Below, in pieces: positions 33,599 through 47,791 of a stretch of 54,615 nt of DNA. Within the stretch, counting starts at the first letter, position 1. Each line of letters begins with the position of its first letter. Position numbers and translations under genes: made by a program. The notes beneath the pieces are model-generated. The model saw only the letters and a program-made list of their open reading frames with translations, was not told the origin of the DNA and made no database searches. This stretch comes from Bilabrum cf. latius (Eukaryota), in contig CBCXTV010000007.1 in NCBI GenBank assembly GCA_965178125.1, forward strand, positions 1-54,615, in the 5' to 3' direction.

Positions 33599-35382
33599 GG
33601 CGCCGGTGTGCTGGGCTTTGGGACTAACTCGGCTGACGCTGTCGCGGCCGCCGCGCGTCGGGTGGCAATAGGGGAACGCTCAGCCCGACGTCGGTATGTC
33701 ATGCGATGCGCGCGTGGAATGTTATGCATTCGCGGGCCATGCAGCAGAGTTGCGAAAACAGCATCGATGTCGACAATGCTACGATCCGGGAAGACACTTT
33801 GTAAATCATGGAACGATGGCCACTCATGCACATCCTCGGGCACTGTTTGCCACTGCAGTAAGCTGAGAACGCGTTTTGACACACCTACTTGCGAGCCGTC
33901 AAGCCCATTGCTGTGGAATGCTTGATCCCACGTGCGTCGCCGTATGACACGTTCGAATGCCGTCAGCACGGCGTGGAAAAGCGCATGTGGCCATCGCTCG
34001 CGCGGCAGCGCGCGCGCGATGCGGAGCTGATATTCATGTTCTATGGCGCGCTTGTAAATTGCGAAGACGTGCGTGTCGCAAGGCTGGAGCGCCCACGTCA
34101 TTTTCGCGGGGATTAAATGGTAGTGGAAATTGAGTCGAGATGCCGTATGCCACACGGCGCGACCCAGGTGAGCTCGATACGTGTCCGCGCTAACAGTAAA
34201 ATGATGCGTGTCTCGGAATGCATGGACGGCATCCGCGAGCACGCGCAGCGCGCGACACATTAATTTGGTGGTCATCCACCCCTTTGCGCCTCGCAAGAGA
34301 AGCACATTCGGAGGGAGCGCGAGGCGGAGCGCGTCAAATTGCTCGCGACTCACAATGCGGTCTGAGAAGAGGAATATGGTCGGCAAGTGCGGTTGGATGT
34401 CGCTGTTGTTGGCGATGCAGACGATTTGTGTGATCATGCTCCGCATCTCACGTTTCGGGGTCGGTTGACGCAAGCCTCCCGCTGCGCGAACTCGGCGTCG
34501 GGCCTCTTCCACAAGAAAACCTGCCTGTGAAACTGCCGTCAGCCGGATGCTCGTTTCGTCCATGTTCACGTGGACCGGGCACTTGTCCGGCGGCGCGAAG
34601 GCCCGCAAGAAGTTGCACCATTTCCACACCGCACGTGCCTCGAAATTCGTTTGGGTCGGCTTTTTGCTCAAATTTGGGGGGCGTTTTCCGGGTCCAGAGT
34701 GTATTTGTTCTATATGTGAGGACCCCGAAACCAGGGCCGCTATATGGCCCCGTTTTGGGTTTCCTTCGTGAAACGTCGGACGTGTTTTTGCCACTGTCCG
34801 GTGGCCTTTAGGCGTCGTCGATCCACACATTCTGCATCGAGTCGAGGCACGGCTCCGAGCGACACCTGCCAGCGTCGCCGCCAGCGTCGGCACCACTGTC
34901 GGATGCTTTGTCTTCTTCTAGATGCCTCGGGTCCTGCTCCTGCGGATCGGTACCCGTGAGCCTGCGTAATCTCGAGGAAAACGTTTCGTCGTCGGCGCGA
35001 GTGTATTGGCGAAGTTCTGCTCGTGAACCCACCTGTGCAGATTATGTTCTCGCAAGAACCGCGATGTCATCGTGGCAGCTTGTAGACGCTCTGGCGTCCA
35101 TGGACGTTGTTGCTCTCGGAGCACACCGTCTTCCGTAAGAGTAGCGTGCCATGCACGAAGATTTGCGATCGCGTCGTCAAGAGTCGGAACCGGTGCATTC
35201 CGCCACTTCTGACGCAGATAAGCTTCTGCGGTGACGACGTCGACGATGACCGCCAAAAAGCGGGCGTGCCCCTCCAGTTGTGCTATGCGAGCTGTTTGCC
35301 GCCGGTGTTGCTCTCTGGCACGACGAACTGCTTGCTGAAGCGTCCGCATCGCGTTCGCGAGCGACGCGATTGTCGCTTCCAT
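33469..35382 (-). CDS. pogo-like transposase, copy 3 (catalytic exon intact; 1-nt frameshift near 34985 in exon 1)
   Basis: ORF 33469..34896 is identical to copy 1; the exon-1 ORF is truncated to 154 aa. Confidence 0.8.
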
Positions 35383-37456
35383 GGCCCGAGTATGGTGGTA
35401 CGATTCGATCGTACACAGCGAAGGAGGATGTGTCTCGAGCCGAGAGCAATGCGGGGCGAGCCACTGATGGGAAGTTTCATGTCAAGGCCCATTTCCGACA
35501 GTGCGCTCGATCCTGAGCCCCCTTTCGAACATGCGCCCGTGCATTGGTGCATGGTATCGGTGTGTCGCGTGCACTTTTGTGCTGTCGTTGCTCGGCCGGT
35601 CGTTCGTGTGCAAATGTCCGCGCGCCCCTGCCGTGCGCGGTAGACTTGCGGGTGATTTCACTTTCCCGGAATTGATTGCCGGAGCGATTATGCCTGATCG
35701 ATTCTGCGAGCATGCTGAGATGGAAATGAAGACGGCGACGGGCTCGTTTCATCATTTCGATATGGTGGAGATGGGCACAGCGAAACTGTCGTTTCGCCAA
35801 CGTCACCAGTGGGCGGGCGGGCGGGCAAGCGGGTGGGCTGGCGGGCGGTCGGGCGTGCGGGCGGGCGGGCGTGCGGGCGGGCGGGCGGGCGGGCGGGTGG
35901 GCGGGCGGGCGGGCGGGCGGGCGCGCGGGCGGGCGGGCGGGCGGGCGGGCGGGCGGGCGCTCGGGTGGGCGGGCGGGCGCCCGGACGGGCGGGCGGTCGC
36001 CTGCGCGGGCGGGCGGGCGGACGAGCGGGCGGACGGGCGGGCGGGCGGGCGGGCGCGGGCGGGCGGGCGGGCGGGCCCTTGCGGGTGGGCGGTCGGACGC
36101 TGGTGGGCGGGCGGGCCGGCGTGCGCGGGCGCGCGGGCGCTGGCGGGCGGGCGGGCGGGTCCGGGCGGGCGAGCACGTTTACCGCCAAACATAAGGAACC
36201 CTTGATTGCGCAACGGAGATACTGACGACATGAGACCACTTCATACGCGGGACGGCTGAAGGCTCGTTTCCCGGCTGAAGATGGAGCCGTGATGGTTTCT
36301 TCCTCGGCTGACAATCTCGAAAGCATGTGCATTGACTTACAAGCCTTGGCATCCCAGATCGTGTCACACCTTACACACGACCCACACGGTTCCGGATGCG
36401 CCCTGGGGTGGTCGGGGCTGCGGGACGGGAGACCGGTGGGAGGGAGTGAGAAGTATGTGGATGGGGGGGGGTGGCTTGGTCGTGCGCGTGGGTGTGTCGG
36501 GGCGGGTGGGTGGGGATGAACGTGGTGGGACGAGGAAAGGGTTAGGACGGATGGTCGGGCGTGTGGTTGCCTGTGGATGATGTCGGAGCGCGTCACATGC
36601 GCTCGATCCAAGTCGGTTTCGCGCGCCTGAGTTGCGTAGCCGTGCTGGCGACGCACCGTCCGGTGAGAGCTTGTTCCGTCCTCGCGCCTTGTTGCCGTCG
36701 ACGGCTGCCTCGGCGGCAAAGGTGCCGGCCGGCGACTCCAGTGCGCGTGCAACCCGTTCGCGTTCCGCAGTCGTGGTCCAATGCCGTCACTCGCAGCGTA
36801 TCGGAGCGCGACCTCAATATGCTAGCGTGCTTGTCGCGAGCTCGCACACACACATTCGCTGGCCGTCGCATGGTTTGCGCAGCATGGTCGGCTGTTACGC
36901 AAATCGGTTCTTTGTGCGGTCTTCGTCGCACTGACATGACAACGAATGCACCCTGACTACTTGCGGTTCTCGACATAACCCGACAGTATTCATGCTGCGA
37001 CCGGAACATGCGAGACCTAAAAATAACCGACAAGCCGGATGATTGTGGAGCGCCGGGTTCGGTTCTCGTGCGGTCGCTTATCCTATAGTGGTATGGAAGA
37101 TTTGAGCGTTTTGCATCACCGGGCTTTTCCCGTGCCTGGTGCAAATCGGCTGCTCGAAACGACTCTGGGCTGGCGGTGGGGAGGCCGGGATAGTGGCGGG
37201 ATGATGCTGGTGGGGGGGGGTGTCGATGGAGTGTGCGTGGGGTCAGTCGGGGCGGGAGGCGGGGCTGGTGATGGTAAGGGGGGGAGATGGTGGAGCGGAC
37301 AAATCGCGCGGATGGTCACCTGCACAAAATGTCGGAACGCATGAGATGTGACTGGTCCATTACGCGTTCGCATTCCCATGTTATCTAGGTCTGCTGATTG
37401 CGCAGCATCATGCGGGACAAGAGTCTCTCTGAAGGCCTCGCCGTCGTCGACGGCTG

Positions 37457-39559
37457 TCACTGCGGCAGCGGCACCGGCTGCCGGCTCCAGCGCGCGTACG
37501 CCACGTTCGCGTCCAGCGGCTGCCGCTGGATGCTGTTCCGCGCGGCGTACACGAAGTCAGCCTTTGTATGCTAGCGTGCTACCCGGCAACCCTCACACGT
37601 GCGCACGCGTTCGCATCGTGCGGACACGGTTGGCCGCAAGATAGTCCGGCCTTCGTCGAGCCACTGTTGCTTCGACATGAAAACGATGCCATTTTGGAGT
37701 GTGGCGCGGACTGGCGTGACGTCATTGTCGAATGCTATCATCGCAACACTCATGTGCCGAAATTGTTTTGATAGGTTCCTGAATTGTGGAGTCCCCTGTT
37801 TCGCCTCCGTCGGGTTGCGCACCCAGTAGCGGTACCCGAAGCTCTGGCCGATCTGTCTCAAACGGCGCTGCTCGCGCTTGGTGCGCGGCGCCCCTGACGA
37901 GTCGGCACCGGCGGTTTCGACGGTGGGATCGGCGGCAGAAGGCTCGTTCCGACCCGACCGTCCGCCGCCTTTTCCCTTGCGGCCGCGGCCTTTCGTCGTG
38001 GACGACTGCGCCTCGCCTGTGATGTGATGGACGCCCGCCCTCCCCCCGTTTTTTTTCAGCGCTATAGCACGGACGTTTCAACTCCTTAGCCCCAAAAGAA
38101 AAAGGAAAATCGGCCACCTTCGTCGCGCGTCGGCGGCCGCAGCGCCCGCGGATCGGCGAACCAAGCGTCCGCGTCCGCTGGGCCTACGGCCCACGCTGGC
38201 ATGGGCTCCGGGAACGCCCAATGGCTGAGCCATCGGTGCGCGGCCGGCGTAGGCGCGTCGGCCAGCGTCGCGAGACGTTGGCACTTGCCCTTCTTCTCGA
38301 AGCTCGCGAGGAACTTCTGCCGTCCGCGGGGGTCTTGACTGCGGCGCGTTCCTGGGCACACCCAACGTTCTGTCCACGCGGACGGGCGCACCCAACCTGG
38401 TCCATGTGCAGTGTCGCAATGGGACACATGCTCCACGCAGGCGCCGATTCCGGGCACGACGTAGCACGCTCGGGCCGCTCGGCCCTTGGTTCCAAGGAAC
38501 CATTTCAAGTCCAGGTCCCAGTGCCCTCGGGTTCCCCCGAGTTCATCGGGTTTCTTCATGGACTCCATCATCGTCGTCGCGCCGCTCTTCGTCACCATGA
38601 TGAACTGCGATCCGAAGCCAAACTGTGCCTCATCGCGCACGTTCTGTCCCGGCTGGCCGCACGCCCACCCGCTCCAAACGATATCACCGCAGCTCGCACG
38701 ATGCGCTTGCGTTGCTATGGCGCACACATCTTCTAGAACTTGTGGGCACGCGATGTGGCGTTCCGTCGGCCGCAACTGGATCGCGACGAAGTGGCCCGCC
38801 TGCGATATGGGTGCGACAACTTCGAGAAATGGAAAGAAGATGCGTACTCATGCACGTGCACGTCGCGTCAGTTCGTCGGCGACTGTGCGATCATCACAGG
38901 TGGCGAAAGGCTCATGCCTGTCTTTTCTTCACGCTATCATGCCTACTGACCCTTCCCCCTTCAAAAAATACGTGCTCATCCGCCTGTTTCAGCCGTCGGT
39001 CCGGCTGCGGTTGCTGAGCCACCGCAGGGGGCTGGAGGCTCCTGCCTGCGTCGCGCATCGCTTGCAGCTCCAGCGCCACGCTTACCGCGTGGTCTCGGCG
39101 CCGGCGCCGCGTCCGGCTCGAAGCGAAAATCCTCTTCGAAGCACAAAAAGAGGACGTCATCGGCCAGCGCTCGTCGAGCGCCAGCGGGATGAAGTAGTCC
39201 TGAGCATACGACATGGGGTCACTGGCATGTACTATTGCGCGTATACGCCACCGCTGGCACGACTGTTGTCGGCGACAATGGCACATCACGTCAAATGCTG
39301 ATACCAAACACGATCCACACTGTGATGACTCCATGCTTTCCTAATGCGTGCTACCATCCTCCCACCAGCTTCGCACTGTCGTCGACCGATCGCATCCTGG
39401 TTGCAACGCGGTCGTCCGCGCGATGCAAACCAGTGGTTGCAGCGGCAGTAGCTTCTCCGCCAGGTATGTCCCGGCGTCGTTTGGGTCGGCGCCGAAGTGC
39501 GTCACAATCAGCGCCTGGAATAAGAAATGGTCCGATTGCTCAAAAAGCCAATGAGACAT
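37457..39559 (-). CDS. Multi-exon GT-like gene, copy 3 (local frameshifts near 39083-39163)
   Basis: Same pieces; acceptor AAG|G becomes CAG|G, so the AG is retained. Confidence 0.45.
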
Positions 39560-41998
39560 GTGACGAGCTTATGCACGGGACGGCGGTAGGCTCGTTTCCC
39601 GGCATGTAACGGGGCGGCAAGGGCTCGTTCCCCGGTTCACAATTGCGAAAGTTCGTGCATTGACCGACATGTCCTGTCCCGTGAAATCACGCCACACATC
39701 ACAGCTCCTCGAAATGGCGTAAGACCCAATGCTCGGCACAAAAGAATGCGTGTCATGTTACGACTGCTTCATGGGAGCACCACGACTGGCCGACCGTTCA
39801 CCATGTGGACGAACCTCTGCGGCTCGAAGTCCGCATAGGTACTTCTGTTGCGCGTGAGATGACCGATCTCATCACGCGCTGACAATCCGGCATCGACAAG
39901 AGTGTCATCGAAATCGATGACGAGACTATCGCTCGCGCTGGCTCTGCTTCCTGCGGCGCGACTTCCGGCCGGTGTCGGCGCTCCGCGACGCGCCTGCAGC
40001 GTGGCCTCCCCGCTGCGCTGGAGCTCCGTCGCGTGCGCTGCGTGGACCGGCAGCCATGTGCCGCCGATGCCTTCGTCGGGCTGACGCTTCTTCCTCTTCG
40101 GCATCGGTGTGCGAAGACGCGCGTGGGCCCGGACGGAATCCATCCCAGTAAAGAAATGACGCGATAAGCGCGGGCGGACATGGATTCCGCAGCGTTCACA
40201 TACGTCAGCACATGTTATGTCACGACATGAATATGTGCAATCTGCATCTTCCGCATACACCAGCATTTCCGACATGTTTCATGCTGTGAAACAAAACCAA
40301 TCGCCAAATACCCGCAACAAATGAAAATTGGAAATTTCAACGCTCATATGCATAAAATGACAATGTGCATCATCCTCGAGTTGAACAGCCGCCCGCTGCA
40401 GGAGTCGTGAAGGCGCCGACGGCATCCACGCCATCGCAGGCGCCCGCGCGCCGGACCCCTCTGGACATGACGCCGAACCACGGCGAAAGGCTCGTTTAGT
40501 TCGACGCGATCACTCACCGCATCAGCCGCCGCGGCGCTGCCACACAGGCGCCGGGGGTGAGCGCGATCGACCGCTGGTCGAGTCCGCGCTGCGGCGCGCC
40601 GCGCGCCGCGCCTCGCCAGCGCGGCGCTCGTCGTTCCACAACTCGCCGCTCGGGGGGACGGTGCCATCTCCGGCACGTCCAGCCACGAAGGGAAGAAACT
40701 CCGCGCCGTTGATGCGCGCATGCAACGTGAGCACACCCGGCGGGCGCTCGACGTTAACGCGCCACGTTGTCCGCACCACCAGTCTGGTGCTTCCGTCGTC
40801 CTGCCGCTCACCGAGACAAGTCACGGAATCGACAGTAAGGGGCACCACTCTGGGTGCCGACTTGCCGCTGCAATAGGGCTGTGACCCAACGCGCCGTGGG
40901 TATCGCTCGCCATGTGGGCGACAACGCATGCGCACAAACGGGATTTTCCTGAAAGCCATGTATGAGCGCGCACGTAAAAACGCGTGAATGCGCGGAACCG
41001 AATTTCTACACGCTCGCCTGCATCAGCATCCAAAATTTCCTCATACGAACTTCGAACCGTGTTTTACGTCGCTCGCAAAATGAAACGCGACCAGCACCAT
41101 ATCAGCATGTCCCCTAATCAATGCTTCGCCCGCGGTTTCAGAACCTGCCATCCATGCGCATGAATCGGAGACCCAAACTTACACAGCAAAGGGGGTTAGA
41201 AAACAGCGGGAGAAAGCTCAAAACGGCGAAAAATGCGGGACGCACAAACGATGGGAAGGGGGGGCGAACAAAAGAAATATCCGTAGGAACACGTCATGTG
41301 GTAAAAAAAAAAAAAATCACTCACAATCCCAAGGGGCCTACATAGGCTCATACATGTTGACACACTGTGCAACAGCATGATTTTGTCAACCATTATATGA
41401 CGACATCTGCGAGTTGAGGGCAAAATCGTTTATGCGTTGGATGCAACATTCATGATCACACCGCCGAATATTCCGAAAATTGCCCTCGTTGTCAGCGACT
41501 CTCGGTGGAACGCACGCGTCACCGATGGCCGACTCGCAACAAGAAAATATGAGACATGCTTGCGATCACGTCGGCGTTTGCTTGGGCTGTGTGCGTACGG
41601 AGATTCCCAAACTAGGCTCACGTTAGCCCGAACGACATGATTACGGTTGCAATGACCCAGCGCTATACGCGTGCAACACGTCCTGGGATGTTTCATCACA
41701 CTGTCGCATAATCAGGCCCATCATGCGAGCCAAAGACACCCCAGGCCTCAAGAATGAGACGGCGAGGACCCGTGCGACGAGCAAAAGGACCGAGATTTGG
41801 GAAAAGAGCGGGGAGGGTGGGAAGGGGGATAGGCGCGAAAAAAAGGGGATCTCCTTCAGGGACGGACAGGGGAGGAGCGAGACGGGGGATGGGAAAGGGG
41901 GACCCGAATTGGGGCCGCAGGAAGGTGACGAATCCGCGGCCCCCGACTTCAGGACCGCGGGGCCGGTTTTGAGACCGTTTCCGGCCCAGGAAACTGGA

Positions 41999-42041
41999 CA
42001 CGAAAAAGTGAAGCCCGACAGTCGGGCTTCACTTTTTCGTG
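41999..42041. repeat. Perfect 43-bp palindrome; putative TIR-TIR junction (copy 3)
   Basis: Identical to 12625-12667. Confidence 0.85.
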
Positions 42042-42852
42042 CTCGCTTTTCGGGGGCGAAAACAGCACCGAAATCGAGGCCGTTTTTTGGCGCACGTGGC
42101 AGAAATCGAGCAAGCAATGTACACATGATTCCACCTTTGGAAGGACTTACCACCTTCAGTGGCTTCCGTCATAATGTTTCAAGTCATAATCAACGAGATC
42201 CAGGACGCGACGCCACAAACGCATGTGGCCACAACCGACACTTGGCCCCAAACAAACTGTGCTCGAACACCCTCAAGACCAAACGGCATCCAACTGACCG
42301 GAACACGAAATACACGGACCGCTATTTAAGGATCGTCCTGCATAACGAGACAAGCAAACTTACATGACGGACATGAAACATATCTCGATGCGTCTAACTG
42401 GCGGACGGGCGGGCGGACAGGCGAACGGGCGAACAGACGACTGACCGGATGGGCAGCCGGGCGGGCTGGCGGGTGAGCGGCAGCGGGTGGGCGGGCGAGC
42501 GGCCGGATGTACGCGGACAAACGGGCGGGCGATCGAGCGCGGGCGGGCGCGCGGGCGGGCGGGCGGACGGGCGCGGGCGGGCGGACACGACGGGCGGGCG
42601 GGCGCAGGCGGGCAGGCGGGGCGCGGGCGGTCGGGCAGGCGGGCGGGCAGGCAGGCGGGCGGGACGAAATACGAAAACGGGAAAAACACGAACGCGCACG
42701 GGCTTTTCAAAACACGGCCACAGCCCGAGCCTCGACTGTGATCGTCCGCGCGGGGAGTCCCTGGCGCCGTTCACGCCGCCCACTTGAAACGCGCCACGAC
42801 GGCGGGCGCTGAGGCGACCACGGAGCGGCTCCCCGAACGGCGACAGGCTCGT

Positions 42853-43560
42853 TTACGGGCAAGTGTCGTGCGCCCCGTCCTCACACCCTGACGAGTCTGT
42901 GTCCATCACGGTCGTGATGGGATCCTGTAGTTCCATCGGATGTGTGCACTCCTCAAAATAACCACGCAAATGCTCCGCTGACTCAGCAAAGACAAGGCCC
43001 TCCACCATCTTCTGATTGCCTTGCCCCAGAACAAAAGAGCGAGTGGAGTCTGCGACACAATGCCCAGCATCCACGATTCGAACGTTAAGACACACATGAA
43101 CGTCGACAACGCCCTTCTGGCACATGTTCGACAAGTATGTCTTCGCAGACGTGAAGTCGGAACAGCCGCACCGTCGGCAAACGATGCGGCCTCGACCACA
43201 CAAGGTGCGATGCTTCAAATCCGTCAACAATCTATACAATCGTCTGTGCGCCCGCTGCTGACCAGACACTGTAAGCTGGTCATACGCAACCATCTCATCG
43301 CACATGCCGCACATCAAGCTATCCAGACGTAAAAAACAATCCGCAATGTCAGGAATGTGCATACCAGCCGGCGCCAACACGACTTCGCCAGGCTTTGCGA
43401 AAACTAACTTGGCACACCAGTCCCGCTTCTCAGTTGCCACAAGCACGACACCATCCCGGACGTCAAGCTTCACTTCCATCACACGCGAATCCGCCTGGCA
43501 CATCGAGTTCCGCGAGCGTTTCTGCGTCTCTGTCGCCGCTGCATCCGAACTGCAAGCCAT
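42853..43560 (-). CDS. Cys-rich hypothetical protein, copy 3
   Basis: Lies within ORF 42853..43668. Confidence 0.65.
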   Translation of the reverse strand: MACSSDAAATETQKRSRNSMCQADSRVMEVKLDVRDGVVLVATEKRDWCAKLVFAKPGEVVLAPAGMHIPDIADCFLRLDSLMCGMCDEMVAYDQLTVSGQQRAHRRLYRLLTDLKHRTLCGRGRIVCRRCGCSDFTSAKTYLSNMCQKGVVDVHVCLNVRIVDAGHCVADSTRSFVLGQGNQKMVEGLVFAESAEHLRGYFEECTHPMELQDPITTVMDTDSSGCEDGAHDTCP

Positions 43561-44929
43561 GGCACGGGCCGGACTGGCGAAGAAGGAAACGCGACACGAC
43601 AGGATGCGAGGTTGGGCCTCCGAAACAGGCAATCTGCCAGCCAAAACGACTGTGCCGTCATGGTCCATTCGAGTGTAAGGCGTAATCGCATATCACTCAA
43701 TACCCTTGCAATCACCCTGCATCAACGCATCACGCCTACAATTTTCGTACTGGTTGCGGTCCGATGATGCCCGACACGCAAACGCTGCGTGCCACAGAGC
43801 AATGGATCAATCGCTTGCAGATTCGTCTTCAGCCGACAGCGATGTGAGGGCGAAACTACCCATGCGAAGCCTCATGTAAAACACAAGCTTTCTACAATGT
43901 GATCCGTCATACATACAGGCTCGAACACGCGCCAGTACGCTCCTCCATGGAATCGATGAATAGCGCACTCTCGTCCGCAGTCTTCGCCCGGCGGACGATC
44001 GGCATGCGGATGCATTTGCACATTTATAATGCACAGAGATCCCTGCGCTGATTCTTTGGGAACTGAGATTGAATGTCATAGCAACTATGAACGCTAAACT
44101 GGCAACTTTCCTAATCTCGAAATGACGACGGCGACAGGCTCATTTCGTCATTTCAGCATTGCGCGGATAACAATGGCAGAAATCTCATGGCGCAAAGATA
44201 TCGAATGGGACCACGGGCGGGCGGACTGGCACGCGAACAGGCAGGCGGCAGGACGTGCAGGCGGGCAAATGGGCGGGCGTACGGGCGGGCGAGCGGACGA
44301 ACGGGCGGGCGGGCGGACGGACGGCCGGGCGGGCGGATGCGCGGGCGGGCACGCTGGCGCGCACACGAGCGAGCGGACGGGTGCGCGGGCGGGCGAACGG
44401 ACGGGCGGGCGGACGGGCGGGCGGGCGAAGGCGGACGGGCGAACGGACGGGCGCGCGGGCAGGGACGGGCGGACGCGCGCCGGCGGCCGCGCGGGCGCGG
44501 CGAACGCGCAAACGAGCGCGGGCGGCCGAGCGGGCGCGGACGGGCGGGCGCGAGCGAGTGGGGCGAGAACCCCATGACGAACCCACAGCACGCAATTTCA
44601 AACGTCGACCGCACGCCTCGCAAGCAAGCTGTTACGACTGTCACCGCGAAGACGGACCTATACACACAGTAAAACAACCACAACCGAGATCCATCCCTGC
44701 ATTCCCTGTACATCCGCAGAGACGAACACACTATCGAGACGGAACGTGCCACACGCACAGGACAGCGGGATGGGTAGCAGACTCCTGATCCCGTTCTGCC
44801 CGACCCGTAGGGCAGTGGGATGAGTAAGGACTCGGGTTCCCATTCAGCCCTGCATGTGGATGGAGCGACAACATATTGCTGAAGACATGACTGCAATGTT
44901 GTTCATTGCATGCGAAAGGCATATTGTCG

Positions 44930-46396
44930 TCACTCCATCCACAACGGGTCTTTTACCCACACGTATGTCTGGTTGCCAAGAATCCACGCGCGGTCCTCGG
45001 CGGACAACGCTTGGAGAGCCGTGTCCCAATGATTCGATGTGCACACCATGCGTGTTCGATGAGTGAAAATTTCATACTGGTAGCAGTTCGTGGACGAACT
45101 TGCAAGCTGTACGCGGGCCGTCGACGCCTGAAAAAGCTTCCGCTCCGCCACAACGACCGCGGGACTGACCTCGTCGAACAAGATCAATCCGTCCCGTTCC
45201 CAGTCAAAATCTTTTAGTGACGGCAACGTCTGGCCCGAACAATTCACTTCGAACACACGCATGCCTTCGGGCTGTAACGTCCGCGCGAAGGACGTTTTTC
45301 CGGTGCACGTTGGACCGTCCAACACTAGGAAGCGGTAACGCTGCATCAAAACGCCGTACTGACGGAGCCAACCTTCGACGTCCGGCAGACTTCTCCACGT
45401 GCGACGTTGCAACGCGAAGTGCGCATCAACCGCGCGGCGGTACGCTTCCACGCGCTCGCGCGCGCGCGCCCGGTCCATGAGACCAAGGTCGGATAGATAC
45501 CGAGTCGCATCTATGCCCACGCGCTCAAGAAGCGAACGCGCCGACTCCGTCGACAACTTTTCGCTCTGGGCCAGCTGCATGACCCACAGCGCGTGCACGG
45601 GGTAATCGCGGAACGGCTGCCGGTCGGAATCAGTCCACAGATGACCGACTTTCTCGACACAGCAGTAAAAGTATGGAAGCCACTCGCCGACACCGTTGCG
45701 CGACCGGCCCTCGAAACGTTCGGGAGGTCGCACGTGCGGGGAAACGCCACGAAACGACGTTGCCCCGTGACTGACCACGCGAAGGAAACCGGGCACCGCA
45801 CCTCGGAGAAAGCACACGTGAAAATGCACTTGAGCGCTCCGCTCTCGGTGAAAGGTCTGCGGACATATCTCCGCACAGATGGCCCGGTGCGTTGCTCCGA
45901 TGAACTCCCCAAGCGCGTGCGCATAGAACACAAACTCGTGCCAGAGACGCACAACGTCGGCACGACGCATAAGCAAAAGCGCAGCGTCGTCAACGCACGC
46001 GCACGCACGCACCTCCGCATCCGCAAAAAGCCATTCTGCGGAAATGAAGGTCAGAAAAGTCCTACGACGCGCGCCACATGACTCCTTGTGAGGCATCAGG
46101 AGATCGGCGACTGGATCGCGGTCTATGTTGGCCGCCGTCAGGTACAACTGCGACACGGCCTTCTTCGCTTCCAAAGACAATGCAGCGAACTTGACACGAA
46201 ATTCACAGAAAGACTTCGCACTCGTCAGGGACGGCCCCTGCACCGCCACAGGCATCTCCAAACCTCTCTGGACGGCTCGCCATAGAAACAGACGTGTCCG
46301 ACCGCTCATAAAGTCCCGACGCTGCCTTTGATGGTCCGGTCCTGCATGCTCTGCACCGTCGGAATATCGCCCAAGGACGCCGCTAAAACCTGCCAC
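44930..46396 (-). CDS. rep: CRESS-like Rep, copy 4, catalytic core intact
   Basis: Same HUH and SF3 motifs in one uninterrupted ORF. Confidence 0.9.
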   Translation of the reverse strand: MAGFSGVLGRYSDGAEHAGPDHQRQRRDFMSGRTRLFLWRAVQRGLEMPVAVQGPSLTSAKSFCEFRVKFAALSLEAKKAVSQLYLTAANIDRDPVADLLMPHKESCGARRRTFLTFISAEWLFADAEVRACACVDDAALLLMRRADVVRLWHEFVFYAHALGEFIGATHRAICAEICPQTFHRERSAQVHFHVCFLRGAVPGFLRVVSHGATSFRGVSPHVRPPERFEGRSRNGVGEWLPYFYCCVEKVGHLWTDSDRQPFRDYPVHALWVMQLAQSEKLSTESARSLLERVGIDATRYLSDLGLMDRARARERVEAYRRAVDAHFALQRRTWRSLPDVEGWLRQYGVLMQRYRFLVLDGPTCTGKTSFARTLQPEGMRVFEVNCSGQTLPSLKDFDWERDGLILFDEVSPAVVVAERKLFQASTARVQLASSSTNCYQYEIFTHRTRMVCTSNHWDTALQALSAEDRAWILGNQTYVWVKDPLWME

Positions 46397-47791
46397 TGGG
46401 CAAAAGGCTCCTGAGCGGAACTATCAGTTGAGACCGCAGCTCCAGAAGAAGAAGACGACGTGGACGGAGTTTGCGCGACGTCGATATATGACGACGCCAG
46501 AACACCCTTCGCAGACATACGCCGGCGCTTCAACTTGGGCGACGACGCGACAGCCACGTCATCCGACGACGGCGCGGATGACGATACATTCATCGTCACA
46601 GGGACAAGGGAAACACAATGAATGCGAGGGACACACGACACTAGGCCAAACAGCATGGGATTCCGACACCGTGCACAAGAACACGAGCAACAACGCATCT
46701 GACCATGCCACACCATTCTACTTCTGCCGGGACCGTCGCAGTCCGTCACACGACCCTGCTCGGAGGGCCCTGACAGCCGCCGCAAAACGCCTCTGTGGGA
46801 ACTAGGATACCCGCCACAAGACCCGGGCACGCGTGCCCGAGGGGACCCTTCGGTCCCGCAAGAGAGACGGGGTCCCACCATGTCCTGACGTTTCATGAAC
46901 GCCGCAAGACCCGGGCCCGGGTCTTCTGTCCCACATGACACCTTCCACCATCATTGACGTCCCACCTATCTGCCCCCTCCCACCATGACATCCCAATCAT
47001 CCACCAATTACCCGCGTTAACCCGCCACACACACCACCTGGGGTTGCATCCTTATCCCAACACGTACCCACCCTTCTCTCTAAGAGTGCTTCTTTTCCCG
47101 AATGCCTTTGTCTCTCATGGTCAAAATCCGTGTGCAGCATACAACACATATGACTCCCCTCGAACTCGTGGGACACCACGTTCCTGAACACAACTCCTCC
47201 ACCAACACATGCATAACACTGCCGCCTAGTTGCGCGGGAAACCCTTGCAATGAGGTGAAGTCGACGCAGGCAAAATCCAGAAAGGCCTCTTGGCGACCCC
47301 TCTTTTTCGCGTCTTTTGGCCCCCAAAGGTGGTGTCACGGCCCCCTTTTTTTACTCGGCAAAAAGCGGTGTCACCATTCTCGGCCCTTAAAAATATTAAT
47401 AGGGCGGCGGCACCGCTTTGGGGACACCATGGTTTTTTTCGAGCAAAATGGCCTGTTTTCCTTGTAAACCCCCAAAAAACACAGGAAGGCGGTGACACCG
47501 CATTTTTTCGAGTGAAATGGCCTTCCCTTTGAGAACTGATTTTCGAAAAAAAACTCCCTCTTTGATGGTTTCTGTGCTTTTATTCTTGGTCAATCGTGGT
47601 GTTTAAACTGTATGTTGAGAACTTTTTGCCGTATTTCGAGTTCACTTTGGGCATTGAAGACTGACATTTTGTATTTTTCCGCTTCTATGTTGGTTCTTTT
47701 TTCTGCGTCAGTTCGTGTGCGGTGTGTTTCGACTGATGGGAATGTGCGTGCTTCCTGCTGACAATACGGGTGCTCTCCGAGCGGCGCCCGT

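Larger units (their letters stand above)
27331..42021 (-). mobile_element. Second complete unit of the same element
   Basis: Same organisation between the junctions centred at 27332 and 42020. Confidence 0.75.
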